Below, in pieces: positions 15,001 to 33,485 of a DNA stretch of 64,000 bases; within the stretch, counting starts at the first letter, position 1; every line of letters begins with the position of its first letter. The position numbers and the translations under genes were made by a program. The stretch comes from Strigamia acuminata (taxonomy: Eukaryota), in NCBI GenBank assembly GCA_949358305.1, contig OX442314.1, forward strand, positions 11,160,001-11,224,000, written 5' to 3'. The notes under the pieces were generated by a model, which worked only from the letters and a program-made list of their open reading frames with translations, made no database searches and was not told the origin of the DNA.

Positions 15001-15646
15001 TCGAATTTTATCACATTTTTTCGAGTTTTTTCATGTTTTTTCGAGTTTTTTCAAATTTTATCGAGTTTTTTTTATTTTTTTTCGAGTATTTTTTAATTTT
15101 TTTTCGAGTTTTTTCAAATTTTTTCGAGTTTTTTCATGTTTTTTCGAGTTTTTTCACATTTTTTCGAGTTTTCTTCACATTTTTTTTGGTAAAATTAAAT
15201 TTTAAATGAAAAAGGTGTGTGAAATGCGAGTACCCCCCCATATCCCGCCCCGCGAGCTTGACTGGATGTGATTTTCATAATCCTTTCTAGTGCAGGTCGC
15301 AATGCAGTTGTTTCAACTCGAGAATTTTATAAAATATTGACCAATTTAGTCGCAGTGCGAAAATCTCACATGTGCGCATAATTTGAATGATTTTTAAAGA
15401 GAAAATATCATTTACAGCGTGATAATATTAGTTTAGACTTTTAATGTCGCTGTTAATGCGTGAACGGACTCGGGGCTCAAGGTTTTGTAATTCTAATGGG
15501 ATTTCCATTGCAGGTACAACATGAGTCGCGTGTTACAGGCGGTCGGGGAATTCGAGTTGGCCAGTGACTGTATGGCAACGGCGATTGACCTAGAGGCCAC
15601 TAGTCCTATCTTGCCATTTTCTGTCGTCTCAAGGAGTTTGGAATAA
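1..15646 (+). CDS. TTC7: Tetratricopeptide repeat protein 7 (TTC7A/B-like, PI4KA scaffold), 3' part; exons <1-80, 167-258, 15514-15646
   Basis: Splices at GT-AG sites to EFTEAKICFQNAIAVNPIHVKSLQHL|GMVCHYLGGSHLAEKTLRDAVKIDPMAHKLW|YNMSRVLQAVGEFELASDCMATAIDLEATSPILPFSVVSRSLE*, matching the recalled TTC7 C-terminal TPRs and the EATSPILPF tail. The phase-2 junction TG|G is compatible across the 15,255-bp intron. Confidence 0.88.
397..960. repeat. 31-bp minisatellite (ACGGATTTTGTGATGAAAAATTTCGTCAAAA)n, degenerating rightwards
   Basis: About 11 near-perfect head-to-tail copies, then decayed copies. Confidence 0.95.
1227..1376 (-). CDS. Candidate 49-aa small ORF nested antisense in the TTC7 intron
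   Basis: Minus strand: long poly-T tract plus AG acceptor (1424-1443), ATG at 1376, MVQNSGRSARRSIVEYSSSALLLLINSAGFCGSLLPLQHRVLQCLPYKD*, AATAAA about 60 nt after the stop, locally GC-rich. No homology recognised. Confidence 0.3.
   Translation of the reverse strand: MVQNSGRSARRSIVEYSSSALLLLINSAGFCGSLLPLQHRVLQCLPYKD
2269..2823 (+). repeat. 21-bp minisatellite (GAAACATTTAATTTTGGACCA)n preceded by a CAGGGGCGG terminus
   Basis: More than 20 tandem copies at 2320-2823, with CAGGGGCGGGTC at 2269. Confidence 0.9.
6745..7257 (-). repeat. 21-bp minisatellite (TTTTAGGCCAAAAACAATAGA)n ending in TCTGCCCCTG
   Basis: About 14 perfect plus several degenerate copies; the reverse complement begins CAGGGGCAGA. 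Confidence 0.9.
8300..8697. mobile_element. MITE with about 37-bp TIRs and TA target duplication (Tc1/mariner-type signature)
   Basis: TA|TACTCGAGTTGCACTCAAAAAGGCACCTCACAATGTG ... CACATTGTGAGGTGCCTTTTTGAGTGCAACTCGAGTA|TA, non-coding interior. Confidence 0.85.
9939..10282. mobile_element. MITE with about 37-bp TIRs, TA flanks
   Basis: TA|ATGCTGGGCGCAGACATACCGCGATTTCGCGTCGCGT ... ACGCGACGCAAAATCGCGGTATGTCTGCGCCCAGCAT|TA (one mismatch). Confidence 0.85.
11090..11469 (-). mobile_element. Diverged, inverted second copy of the 8300-8697 MITE
   Basis: CTGGTGTAGTGATCC...GTAGACCCAAACACCAGAA...CATTACAATGTACAGACAT is the reverse complement of about 8583-8644; ends in the decayed TIR TTTTGAGTCGAACAAGAGTATA. 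Confidence 0.75.
12781..12983. repeat. 30-bp minisatellite (ATGCAAATATGCTTAGATCTTTACAAATCC)n
   Basis: About 6 tandem copies. Confidence 0.9.
13779..13792. promoter_or_regulatory. RFX X-box-like palindrome GTTGCCCTGGCAAC
   Basis: 13/14 match to GTTGCCATGGCAAC, about 200 bp from a minus-strand TCAGT initiator-like motif near 13578. Confidence 0.4.
14795..15190. repeat. T-rich degenerate tandem repeat with a TTTTTCGAGTTTTT core, about 21-bp period
   Basis: TCGAG recurs every 20-23 bp. Confidence 0.9.
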
Positions 15647-16179
15647 CACGTTCTAATCTTATCATAACGATATCCAAGCGGAAAATTCTTTGTTAGATTG
15701 TGTTATCGAATGTTTAAGTATTTATTGTAAATAAATATATATTGTATATCGGAGGTGTAATTTTGTGTTATATGGAAAATTTATTGGTTTTTGTTGTTTT
15801 TGTTTTTCTTGTAAATATTACTGGTAAATATCGATTTAAAAACGGAATAAATGTGCGAAATTGTACGAAATCGTTAATAAAGTGAAAAATGTAATGTTTT
15901 TTTGGACCAATCAGCAGAAAGAATTGATTTTCAAGGTTAAAAGTTTATTTTTTATCAATAAATTTTCACGTGATATAATAAGATTTTTACTTCTACTTTT
16001 TTTTAATGAGAAGAAAATTATTATTATTATTACTAATTTTGTTTTTTTTTTAAAAATGGAAAATAAACACTTTGTTGATGAATTTTTATATTTTTTAATA
16101 TTGGCTGCAATAGTTTAGCTCCTATTAACCAACTACAACACCAAAAACAAATTCTATTGCACAATTATTGTCAACAGTG

Positions 16180-16477
16180 GCAAAAATTCATAATTAGGCC
16201 CAAAAATTCATAATTAGGCTCAAAAATTCATAATTAGGCCCAAAAATTCATAATTAGGCCCAAAAATTCATAATTAGGCCCAAAAATTCATATTTAGGCC
16301 CAAAAATTCATAATTAGGCCCCAAAATTCATATTTAGGCCCCAAAATTCATACATAGGCCAAAAATATCCAATTTCAGATCAAAACAATCCAATTTCTGA
16401 CCAAAACCATCCAATTTTTATGTGAAAAATCGAACCAAAATGGCCACCCTCTTGTACTTATTCTGGATCCGCCCCTG
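16180..16477 (-). repeat. 20-bp minisatellite (CAAAAATTCATAATTAGGCC)n ending in CTGGATCCGCCCCTG
   Basis: About 9 copies, then decayed units; the reverse complement starts CAGGGGCGGATCCAG. Confidence 0.88.
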
Positions 16478-19400
16478 CCTGTAACTAACTTTCACTCAAC
16501 TTCTCCTTTCCATAAAACCTGTTTGATTTGTTTACAGTGATCACACTGGCAACCTTAATACAACAAGATAAATAAACTTGGAAAAAAATTTATTTATTTA
16601 TTTTTTTTTTATTTTTTTTTACCATAAAAACGACAAAACGACTGTGTTTTGTGTTTAATATTTAAATCCACTGGTTGCAATTTAGCATAAGGAAGGAAAT
16701 TAGCAACAGCATATGTGAAAATGAGTTAATTTGTTTGTACCGCCGCCAACATCACTTCCTTTCATTGTATTTCATGTTCCATCCACACACATCCACACCC
16801 TTTGATGACGAAAAGCAGAAATTATTGTTGGCTAAATGCCTACTGGAAATCCCACAACTTTTTTGTCTCTTCTTTTCATTTTTTTTATTGTTCTCTTTAA
16901 GCTTCATAAACACGATTTCTGACGCCTTTCTTTTCCTAATGAATTGACATTTTTTCTTCCTGTAACGTATACAAGTCGTGACAAAGCGTTTTCATGCCTC
17001 TTTAATGGAACCACGGAGGTACAATAATAAGTCACTTCCCTATTTCGAACAAAATCCTAATTATGAATAGCAAACTGACCTTGAAAAAACAAAAAAACAA
17101 TTGCACACAATCAAAGGATGATATTGCCATGCGCATGCGTCAGAAACGTCTCAATATTGCGACCCCCGATGCTGTTAATCGATAAATTCCAAGAAAATAA
17201 AAATTTTATTTTGTTTTATTTTATTTCGAAAAATCAATCATTATCATTCGTGCTAATCTGCGCAGCAAGAATGGAATTTGTGATGGAAAAATTTCAAACA
17301 ATGTTATCTGATATTACGAAAGCAAAATACCAAGAAACAAACTTTTTCCTCGATTAGTTAAACGAAAATTTATACCGTAAATGGCATAAATTAACGTATT
17401 TTAAAGTTTTAATCAACTAAAAAGCATCAAAAACCGAAGATTTGAGCAACTAAACATCAAAATAAAAGTAGGCTTAACTTCTACATATTTATTACGTCAT
17501 CAATTATCGCTTATTCCACTGTTACAATTAAACGAATGACATCTTAAGTTTGAATTAAGCGGGAAGCCGACATTTTATTGAGTTTTCATTGTGTATTGGT
17601 CTGTTTGTAGGTGAATGAGGTGTCAGTCTTCAGCTATCCAGCATTCATGTATTTTTCTCACTTCTAATTGGTTTATTTCACATAATTACAAGTTAATTAC
17701 ATTGATCATTTATTTCCTGTTGTAATAATAACAGGTCGTTTATTTTAATCTACGGTGTGGTAAACGAGTCTTGCAAGGTTTCCTTTCAGTGTTGTTAACA
17801 AGCCATTGAGAGAGCGGAAATTAGGGCGTCATCACCTACCTTTTGCTTTCCCCTTTCCGCACTATTAGTCGAAAAGTTGCGGCAATAATACGATGCTTTT
17901 CTTGATTGGCAACATGCCAATAGCGATGCGCTCTTGATTAGGGCCGGGATTTGAGCCTTCTGTCTGATTACTCCTCTTTTGACCGGCCACGTTCGAGTCT
18001 CGCGAGATTTCGTCCTGGTCACAAAGCTAAACAAGGCCTCCTAAATGAGGTCTCTCGGATTTTTCGTGTCAAATCGATTCCACCCACTAAACCCATACAA
18101 TCCCACAACTATATATCATTTATTTCTTTCAAAATAAAAAGTAATCAAAGATTTATATAATGTATCAAATTATATTTAATTATATAAGAAATAAATAACA
18201 ATAATTAAACAGTTATGACGTCATTGTCACAATAGGGTTAGGCCAATATGGCCGCCAAGTCGATATTTTCTGTTTATGTGTTTTTGTTGGAATAAAAATT
18301 GATTTTTTTGTATTAATATTTTGGAAATGAATAAAATTTTATATTTCTTGGGACTATGTTCTGTGTTTTTTGTGAGATATCTTGTGGGGAACCTTCAGTA
18401 CTGATTTAGGTGTTGAAACAGACTGATTGACAAATAGATATCGATTTCTTCCTAGTGTCACTTCATTCCCAGTGCAGAAAAAGAAAAACCTTTAGTATAG
18501 ATAAGGTTTATCTTGCTTTTAATCATGGTTTTCCATTTGATTAATGCATTTTTTTTATTATAAATATTTATCTGCTCTTTTTTTAGCATTCATTTGTGTC
18601 CATTTATAAATGAGCATTTTATTTTTCTATATATAAATAAAAAATTTACGAGTTGGATGTTTATTTTTACTGTTCTTCAATTAATTGCACAGTGTTTTAT
18701 TGATGAATTATAAAATATTAAACATATTAAAAAAAAAAAAAAACATTTCTGCAAATACAGAGAAAAAAGTTCTGGGAAATGCTTGTTGCAAAGGACGTAA
18801 AATTTGGTGCAGAAGACTGGAGTTTGTAAAATGTCATGCGATTGGTGGAGCTTTGCTGCGTTATGTCGAGGTAGTAAAAGTTATTTCTATCACATTTTAC
18901 AATACGTACAATTTGCCAAATACGAAGCCATTAACTCTGACTTTGATGAGGCTCGATGTCCAAATCAATAATTTAAATTATTTCAACTTTTTTCTTATTT
19001 ATTTATTTATTTATTTCAAAACATGTTAAGCAGACGGCAAAAACATAAATCTTCCTCCAAAAAATCAATTTAATAATTCCATTTAATTTATTTAAACACC
19101 TTACAATTTAAAAAATTATTTTAAAAAAAAATACAAACAAATCTAAAAAAAACATTTCACTTATAAAATAAAAATCTACGGAGTATTTCAACACAAACCA
19201 ATTAAAACTGATAATAAAAACAAAAATTATCAACAAATCAGAAATAAAAATTCTAAAAAAAAAAAAAAAACCACTTCCACCCATAACACTCATAATACAA
19301 TATAAAAAAACATTATATAACACGACCATTTCCATGAATGGTTAGAAAGAAAAAAAAATATTTATTTCTAGTTCCCCTTTCATATCCACAATGAAATGTC

Positions 19401-21344
19401 ATTCAATTATTTCCGTGTCCAACCCCCTTTAGTTGCATTGCAAGGTGGTGCATTGGGTTAATGACGATTGATTTCGATCATTATCTAAAGTACAATAATA
19501 ATAATAGTAAAAACAAACGTTTGAATGACACGCAAACACACAAAAAAACACAATTTTCAACTTTTCCCATCGCCTAGTACACTATCCACCACTTGATCCA
19601 TTTCGTTCCATCCTCCCTCACGTATGGACGGGGCCTGTGGTTGAGCAGACGACCTAATATCCGCAAAGCAGGGCGGCTTGCCTGCAATGCAGAAAACTGC
19701 AAGATGCCCATCTTACCTTCCACGCCGTTCCAATGCGGTCAGGAAAACTGATATTTTTTTATACGCACACCCTAGAATAAATATTTACCCAACAAAATAT
19801 TAATAATAAATATTAATTTTGCAACGGGTTATATTTATCTGTTTATTTTCCATTAGATTTCGGTAAATAAATTCATTCTTTCGTAGTTTTTCGTTGTTTT
19901 TTTCTTGTTTTTTGCGTTTTCGGTGGAAGAGTCGTCTTAAACTTGTTCAAGGTAAGAGTTGTTAATGCGGCTGAGTTATTTTTGGCATGACGCACGCGTT
20001 TGTCGTCCAGGTAACCGAGCTACACGTGTTGGCTTCACGTATCTAGCCATGCGTATTTTAGAGAAAACGTTTAGTTTTGTTGGAAAATTGATTTATTAGA
20101 TTCCGATCGTGTCTCGCTCTATCTTTGCATATCCAATCGAGCAATATCTATCGAGGGGTTTATAAAAATGGCGGGCTGTGGTTTAATTTTTTTATTTTAT
20201 TTTTTTTTTGGCTTTTTGGTCACCCAAACGCAACAGGTTCCACGATGCTTATTATAGTCGAAGAAATTGATGGTGTGTTAGTGTTATTGATTGGAAATCA
20301 ACAGGCGAACGAGTTGTGCGGTTCTGCCATCGATTTATTTTTAAAAACAAAACGAAAATAGTGGAAAAAATAGAAAATAGAAAATGAGAGGAAAAAAAAA
20401 TGGAAAAAAAAAACAATTTAAAGATAGGAGGGGAAATATTTTATATTTTATTCTATATACGATGTGTACGAGTCGTTTCTATAGAAACTGAAAGCGGCCC
20501 GTTGGTAAGGCTTCGGTGCAGAGCTTAATGCAATACGCTTTCGGTTTCTCAAGGTCGCTGTTATTATTGAGGTAATAAGAGAAAATATAGAGATGAATGA
20601 GATATCTGAAGCTAAAAATCCACCCGAATCATTTATTCAATTATTAAAGATGTATATCGTAAGATCAGAGTTTTATTTTGGATAACGAAACGTCGAAACC
20701 AAACGAACTTCATTTATTGTTGATATTTTGAATAAATATTATTGAATCGGTTTGAAAATTTCACCAGATATTATTTGAATACTATATTTAATTCTCCTAA
20801 AAGGATAATTAAATTAATTAATTTTTTCTATTTTTTTTTCTTTTAATTCTGCGGACTCTTACGTGTCGATCAAAATGGCGGCTCGTTGTTTACTTTCGTT
20901 GTTTATAGTGTGAGGGTGACACGTTGACACGAATATAACACACACACACACGTTATTTTTCGGGAATATTTTTCTGTTTTATTTTTATTTTTTTAATAGC
21001 GTAATAAATTATAATTTTTATTTTTTTTTATTTTATATATATTTTTTTGATGGGAGCTATATCGATATTCTTTAACTAGGCCATTTTTGCAGCCATTCGG
21101 TCGATGTGTTTCTGCATAGCGAGTGTATTGCACTTGACTGCAGTCTAGTTCGTCATCTTCAGTCACGCAGATCTCATTTTCATCTGGTCTTTTGCCAGAA
21201 TTCCTTCCACACAAACGGCCGTTGCCCATTCTAAATTCGGTTGTTTTGTGCATCACCCAATTCCAAAAAAAAAATAAAATATATATCCCGGACATCCAGT
21301 TCCATCAAACATCCAATCACGTGCTCAAAAAAAAAATCCATTCA

Positions 21345-21377
<33 letters not shown>

Positions 21378-23594
21378 GAATAAGTCTAATCACTTTGCTT
21401 TTCAACAAATTACAAATTGGAAGGTGGGGAATGGGTAATGGTAAAAGGTGGGATAGAGGGCGTGTGGCCTTGAAAAATTGCTATGGCAACAGCCTCCGAG
21501 TAACGATAGAATCGTCCTCCTTTCCCCACTGCAGCAAGATTATCGATCGACTAGTAACAGCTGCTGTGAGGGGTGCTCACGGGGACTGCATCGCGGCATG
21601 CAGCTGTCGGCCGATGCCCTCTCTGGTCGCCCACCCGGTCCCACCCCGTCCGCCATTTGGGTCGTCGTTGCGACCGACGTTTTCCTCCTCTCGTTCGCCG
21701 CGTTTATTAAAACTTTTAGTACTGAATCAGTGCGATATCCACTGAAACGAAATAACTGTTAGTTAATAGAGTTTCGATTTCTATTTATGCTGCATTAAAT
21801 TGCTGCTTTTTTACAGGGTTTCCCTTCTATTCATTTATTTTCCGTTCGTTGTTATCATTTCGGGTTTTCCTATTGTTGGTTTTCGCTTCTCCGGCTGTGG
21901 CCTCGGAAATGAGATATACAAGCTGATTTAATTCGGATAAATTCGGTGGTGACGTCGTCTTTTGTGAAATAAAGTAGAAAGTATTATAATTTAATTGATC
22001 TTTATGACATTTGCATTGCCAGTAGTAAAGCGAAAGTTAAAGATTTTGATGAAAACCTCGCGAGTTTCGATTGGCTGTGCCCAGACTTTGATTAAATGTA
22101 ATTGTTTTCATTACGTCTGGAGCTTGTTTACCTTTTCTTCGTCATTCCAGTCGTTTTATCCCCATAAAGATACCGAGAACTTATGAAAATCTATTCCTTC
22201 ATGGCTCGTTAGAGCTTCTATCCGTAGGTTTCAATTTGCTCGAAAGGATTTGTTCGATGGTTAATGAATTGAATGAGAAGAAGAATAAAGATTCAATTGC
22301 ATCAAAACCCGATTTCATGATTTTGAAAGCAAATCTGTGTTGAAAATTTCATTTAATCGTTAATCTCGCCGCTAGAAAGCTGCAGAACTGCACTGCGTTT
22401 AATACTTTTAAAGCGAAACCAATATCCCTAATGTTTTCAAACTGCAGTATTTTATAATGAGGAGTCGTACAAGCTCATGATAATATCTGCCCGATTCCTC
22501 TCGTAAATCATAATCACCCGCATTCCCTTAAAAACACACATAACGAGTTTTCAAACCCGGAAAAAAATAATAAATAAAAATGCAAATTTCCAAATACTGC
22601 AGTACTTAATTTTGTGATAAAAAATAAACAGAAATACTACCAACTGCAGTATTTTATTTTATAATAATGAACAAGTCGTACAGATTGTTAGTAATCTGTC
22701 CGACTCCTCGTGTAAATAAATCACCCGCATCGCTTTATGCAGTAAATTCTTCATTTTGCTCAAAAGTTTGCAGAAAAATAGAAATAAAGCGAACAAAAAC
22801 GATTTTAAATTATTTTTAATGAAATTTAATTTGATTTATTCAATTTTTTGTGTATACAAATGGCGAAAATTGCAAAAACTGTCCATTAACAAGCGATAAT
22901 GCCAAACTATGAGGACATTACCTTCTTCCTATTCCTCCGCATTGCTGTTTCCAACAATTACCGCAACGAACCACGTGCTTTTCCGGCCCGTACGTTTGAA
23001 TAACCCGTTCATTCAAAATTTAAGATAAAAATAGAAATTATCAATCAAACTCTAATTGAACATCCGATTTATATAAAAAAAATTAAATGGCAAAAAAAAT
23101 TAAAAGAAAATAGGTCGTAGAGTGGAAAGACATGCGATACAAGCGGCTGCACTTACGTTTCTGCATCAGAAAGACACATAAACGAGTACTGAAGGATGAC
23201 GCATTGCAGGTGCGCAACCGCCAATCAAAACCCGGTTTGCAAACTACCTTTGAGAATAGCCATAGTAAACACAGCATGGCGAGCTGCTATAAAACCGAAA
23301 CCATGCGCAAAGGAAAATAGATCGTCCTTTCGCACTTGAGAAACAAACACCAAACATTTTTCTTTCGCATCTGCTCCACATTGCCGCATTTTACACCCGT
23401 GTTGGAGTACTGGGAAATTACTAGTGGTGTTTGCTGATCAATAGGTTACGAAACACCGAGTTGAAATAGTGCGGAGAAATACATGCGTATATTCCAGTGA
23501 TCATTTACGTTCTAAGTAGTGGGACATTGTGGCCGCTGTGCGGAATCAGTTGTGGATACTCGTCTGAAGCTAAGGAATCCAGATCCGAAACAAA

Positions 23595-25156
<1,562 letters not shown>

Positions 25157-26208
25157 AGATGTAAAAGGCCTAACAGAATGGGATGTAATTATATGAATGG
25201 TTATGATTTTTACTTGCATTTTCTGCTTTCCATTTTTACTGTTTAAAAAAAAAAATACATTGGTGAGACGTAGTTTAAAAAAAATAACCAAAAACTCGAA
25301 AAAAAAAATTTGATTGGTTCTGGAAAAAAGTGTTGCTTTATGTAAATTTTTTGTACCATATTAACTTGATTCCTGCCCCTTAAATTACCCCTTTTAACCC
25401 CCTTAAATAAATTAACGACTAAGAAATTAATTCTGCAAAATGAGTGTGACTTTGTCCTAAATCCTAATCCTGTGTTCGTAAAACCGATTTAAGAAAAAAA
25501 AATGTATTAAAAAAATGAAGAAAAAAAAATTTAAGAAAATTTTCTTGTTCCGCGAAATTGAATTTGTCTTTCTAAATGACAATTGCTAGTTCTTTAATTG
25601 TTTTTACTATTTAAATTTTAAAACAACTTGGTTATCCATTAGGAGTCCGCTATTGATGTGCAAATCGGTTCGGTGCAGGAAATTGTGAACATTCCTGACG
25701 TCTTTTTGTACGTGAGACCGACTGGTAGCGGACATACTGTGGATAGCTTCGTAAACATTACAATTTATCACATTAGTTTGGGATTTAGGTATTAAAAAAA
25801 TTTTTTTCTTTAATATTTTTGGCACTAGTATCACGCAAATCCAGGATTTAAAAAGAAATGTATTTAAAAATATAAGAAAAAATAATAAAAAAAAAAAATA
25901 TAAAATAAATAAATAAATAAAATACAATACAGCAGGAAATGTAAAACGTATTTTTGTTAGGGATGAACCATTATTCCAAAACTTTTGTAAAACAAATCAC
26001 GTTGTACACCACCATTGTCCTCCTTGCATAATCAAAATTTCTAGTGAAATGAAATTTAATCCCTCTTTTTGCAGATGGTTCATCCTTGTATTTTATATGA
26101 ATTCCGACCTCATGTTTATGAAATTGAAACCAATAAAACTTAAAAAAAAAATTCGGTTTTTGTGTGGGTTTATTTGGTTTGTTTTTTATTTTTCTTTTAT
26201 AAATATTT

Positions 26209-27644
26209 TTATGCGTAACTTGTGATTACATTGAAGAAATGGTAGACTTCGTTCTGATCGTACATTGCTACTTCGGTGTTGCAGACGTCGCATTTGACTG
26301 CGTGGTAGGTTTCGCTGGGTGGTGGTTGTGGTGGCTTTTTGTTGCTTCGTTTTCGGGTTTTTATTGGGTATTTGAGGGTTTCGGCGAAGTTGACGGAGCA
26401 GTTTTGGACGAACATGGCGCGGTATTGGTTCGCGTAGAGGTCGTGTCTGAAATGATTTGAAAAAATTTGCAATTTTTGCATTGATTTAGTTGGAAATTTG
26501 CACTTTGCATAGATTTCGTTAATAATTTGCACTTTTTGCGTAGATTTCGTTAATAATTTGCAATTTTTGCGCTGATTTCGTTAATAATTTGCAATTTTTG
26601 CGCTGATTTCGTTAATAATTTGCAATTTTTGCGCTGATTTCGTTAATAATTTGCAATTTTTGCGCTGATTTCGTTAATAATTTGCAATTTTTGCGTAGAT
26701 TTCGTTAATAATTTGCACTTTTTGCGTAGATTTCGTTAATAATTAGCAATTTTTGCGTTGATTTCGTTAATAATTTGCACTTTTTGCATAGATTTTGTTA
26801 ATAATCATTAAATTTCTTGGAAAAATTAGCAATTTTGTTAAAAAATTGGTAATTTTCTTGATATTTACCTTTGGCAGTCTAAGCAGAGTTGTGACATACA
26901 AGCCGGACAGTTGAGAACTGCATCACTGCTAGGTAATTTTTGTGTTTTAGACGTCGTCGCGTTCGCCTGAGGTTGACACGAGCGCCGGTAATCATCGACC
27001 CACTTCTGATCCGCATCGTCCATATCCGGATCGTAGAACAAGTCTTCATCCGTTGGAATTGGATGTTTCCTTTTCTTTGTCTTTTCACCTGCATTTTTTG
27101 GTGGCTTCTCGGCTAGAATGTATTAAAATTAAATAAAAATATAATTGAAATGTGAATAGTGAAAAAATCGCACCCGAATTTTCGTTCCCACTGTCTGAAT
27201 CGTCCGAATCAAAGTATATATCGTCGTAAAATTGTGTCTCTGATGAAGTTTGACCTCCTTCTGGTTTGGGTTTATCCGGAATACTTTCCCCACGATTGTG
27301 CGCTGAAAAAATTAAACTTTTAAACTTAAAAATCATTTTTTTATTTTTTATTTTATTATTTTCTAAACACCTTCGACTCCTGCAACAGTTTCGTCCAATT
27401 CTTTGCTCATTTCACTCAAAAAATCATCTTTAGCCTTCGTTTTGTCCAGTTTCGCCAAGTATTTACTGAATTGCTGTTCGTCATCGTCGTCTTCGGAACT
27501 GGAGAAAAATAAAAATAAAAATAAAATAAAAATTTAATTCAATTTGACTAGACTTTACCTGCACGGATTCCAGTCGTCGTCACTTCCTTCGTCTACCAGA
27601 TAGCCAGCATTTGCATCGTCTTCTAATAAGTCTGAAAAATGCAT
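26209..27644 (-). CDS. EAPP: E2F-associated phosphoprotein; exons 27644-27559, 27498-27371, 27302-27174, 27112-26869, 26446-26209
   Basis: Motifs SSEDD, YDDIYFDSD, DLFYDPDMDDADQKWVD, SDAVLNCPACM..LCLDCQRH..Y.NQYRAMFV.NC and YH.VKC..C.TEVA.YD..EVYHFFNV; GT-AG phases are consistent. Confidence 0.93.
26465..26810. repeat. 31-bp minisatellite (GATTTCGTTAATAATTTGCAATTTTTGCGCT)n in the last EAPP intron
   Basis: About 10 tandem copies. Confidence 0.92.
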
Positions 27645-28413
27645 ACTATAGCTGTGATAATCAATGGTTCTGAACAAATGTAAACAACGTATTTTATTCG
27701 TGCAAAATGGCGTCGAAGTCAATCCCGCACACCAAAAAATCTCGACGAAAATCTAAAATTATAATATTCAATAAACATTATTGCATACAAAATTCATAAA
27801 ATATAAAATATAATTATAGCCAAATAAAACAACGTAATTTAATTTAAAAATAAAAACAAAAATTTGGTTTACGTCGCGGTATTAGCATAGGGGGTGTTGA
27901 TAGCAACAGTTGTCAAGGTTATATATCCCAGTTACATCGAACAGTTTGATTCTTCAGCTGTACGAATAACGAATACAGATTTTACATCAAACGATACAAA
28001 ATCTAAGACAAATTAACACCCACAACTGCAACGATATTGAAGCAAAATGCATAAAGGCAAGGTAGATATATGGATCGAAAAAAACAAAGTAAAATCCAAA
28101 AAAAGATTATCGTATCTAAAACCAAAATTTAATCAATCCAAAAACAACAATAAAAAAATCCAAAACTACAAACTAAAATCAAAAATAAACCGAAAAATAT
28201 GCAAAGTTTATCGTTTTCTTTCCACCGAAGCGCCGCCGCCGCCGTGCAAATCACATTGTGCGCATGCGCGACCTTCAGGAACGGGGCGAAATAAACGAGC
28301 TCACTTTCTCGCAGCTCATGACAAGTTTTCACCCACTCGTCGCAACTGTCACTTAAGGAAAACATAAACTTCGCATAATACCTTCGGTTAGCTATCTCTA
28401 ATAACTTGGTACC

Positions 28414-33088
<4,675 letters not shown>

Positions 33089-33485
33089 AAATGAAGTTTA
33101 ACTTGTTAGTTAATTATTGTTGTGTTGTTAATCAACTTTAATTTCCAATTTAATTAAATATTTTGAAAATCTATATATTTTTTTGTTATTTCTAATTGAT
33201 AAATATTGAATACATAAAAATTGAAACGATTGTCGGAATGGATTGTTTATTTTCTTGTGCAATTGAAATTTTGAGAATTTTTGGAAAGCGAAATTTGTCG
33301 TGAAAACTGCCATTTAATTTGCTTATTGTAATAACGATGTCGAAATGAATTTGTGAAATTTATCGTGTAAATTGTTTATTATAATAGCAAAAAATAACAA
33401 TTGTTACATATATATTTGTTATATTGAGAAAATAGTTTATATTAAAGTTGAATACATTAATTATGAACGAAGGTTTTGTTAAATT

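Noticed and set aside
22420..22740. Degenerate direct repeat of about 190 bp upstream of calmodulin
   Set aside because: Looks like an old local duplication with no coding or structural signal.
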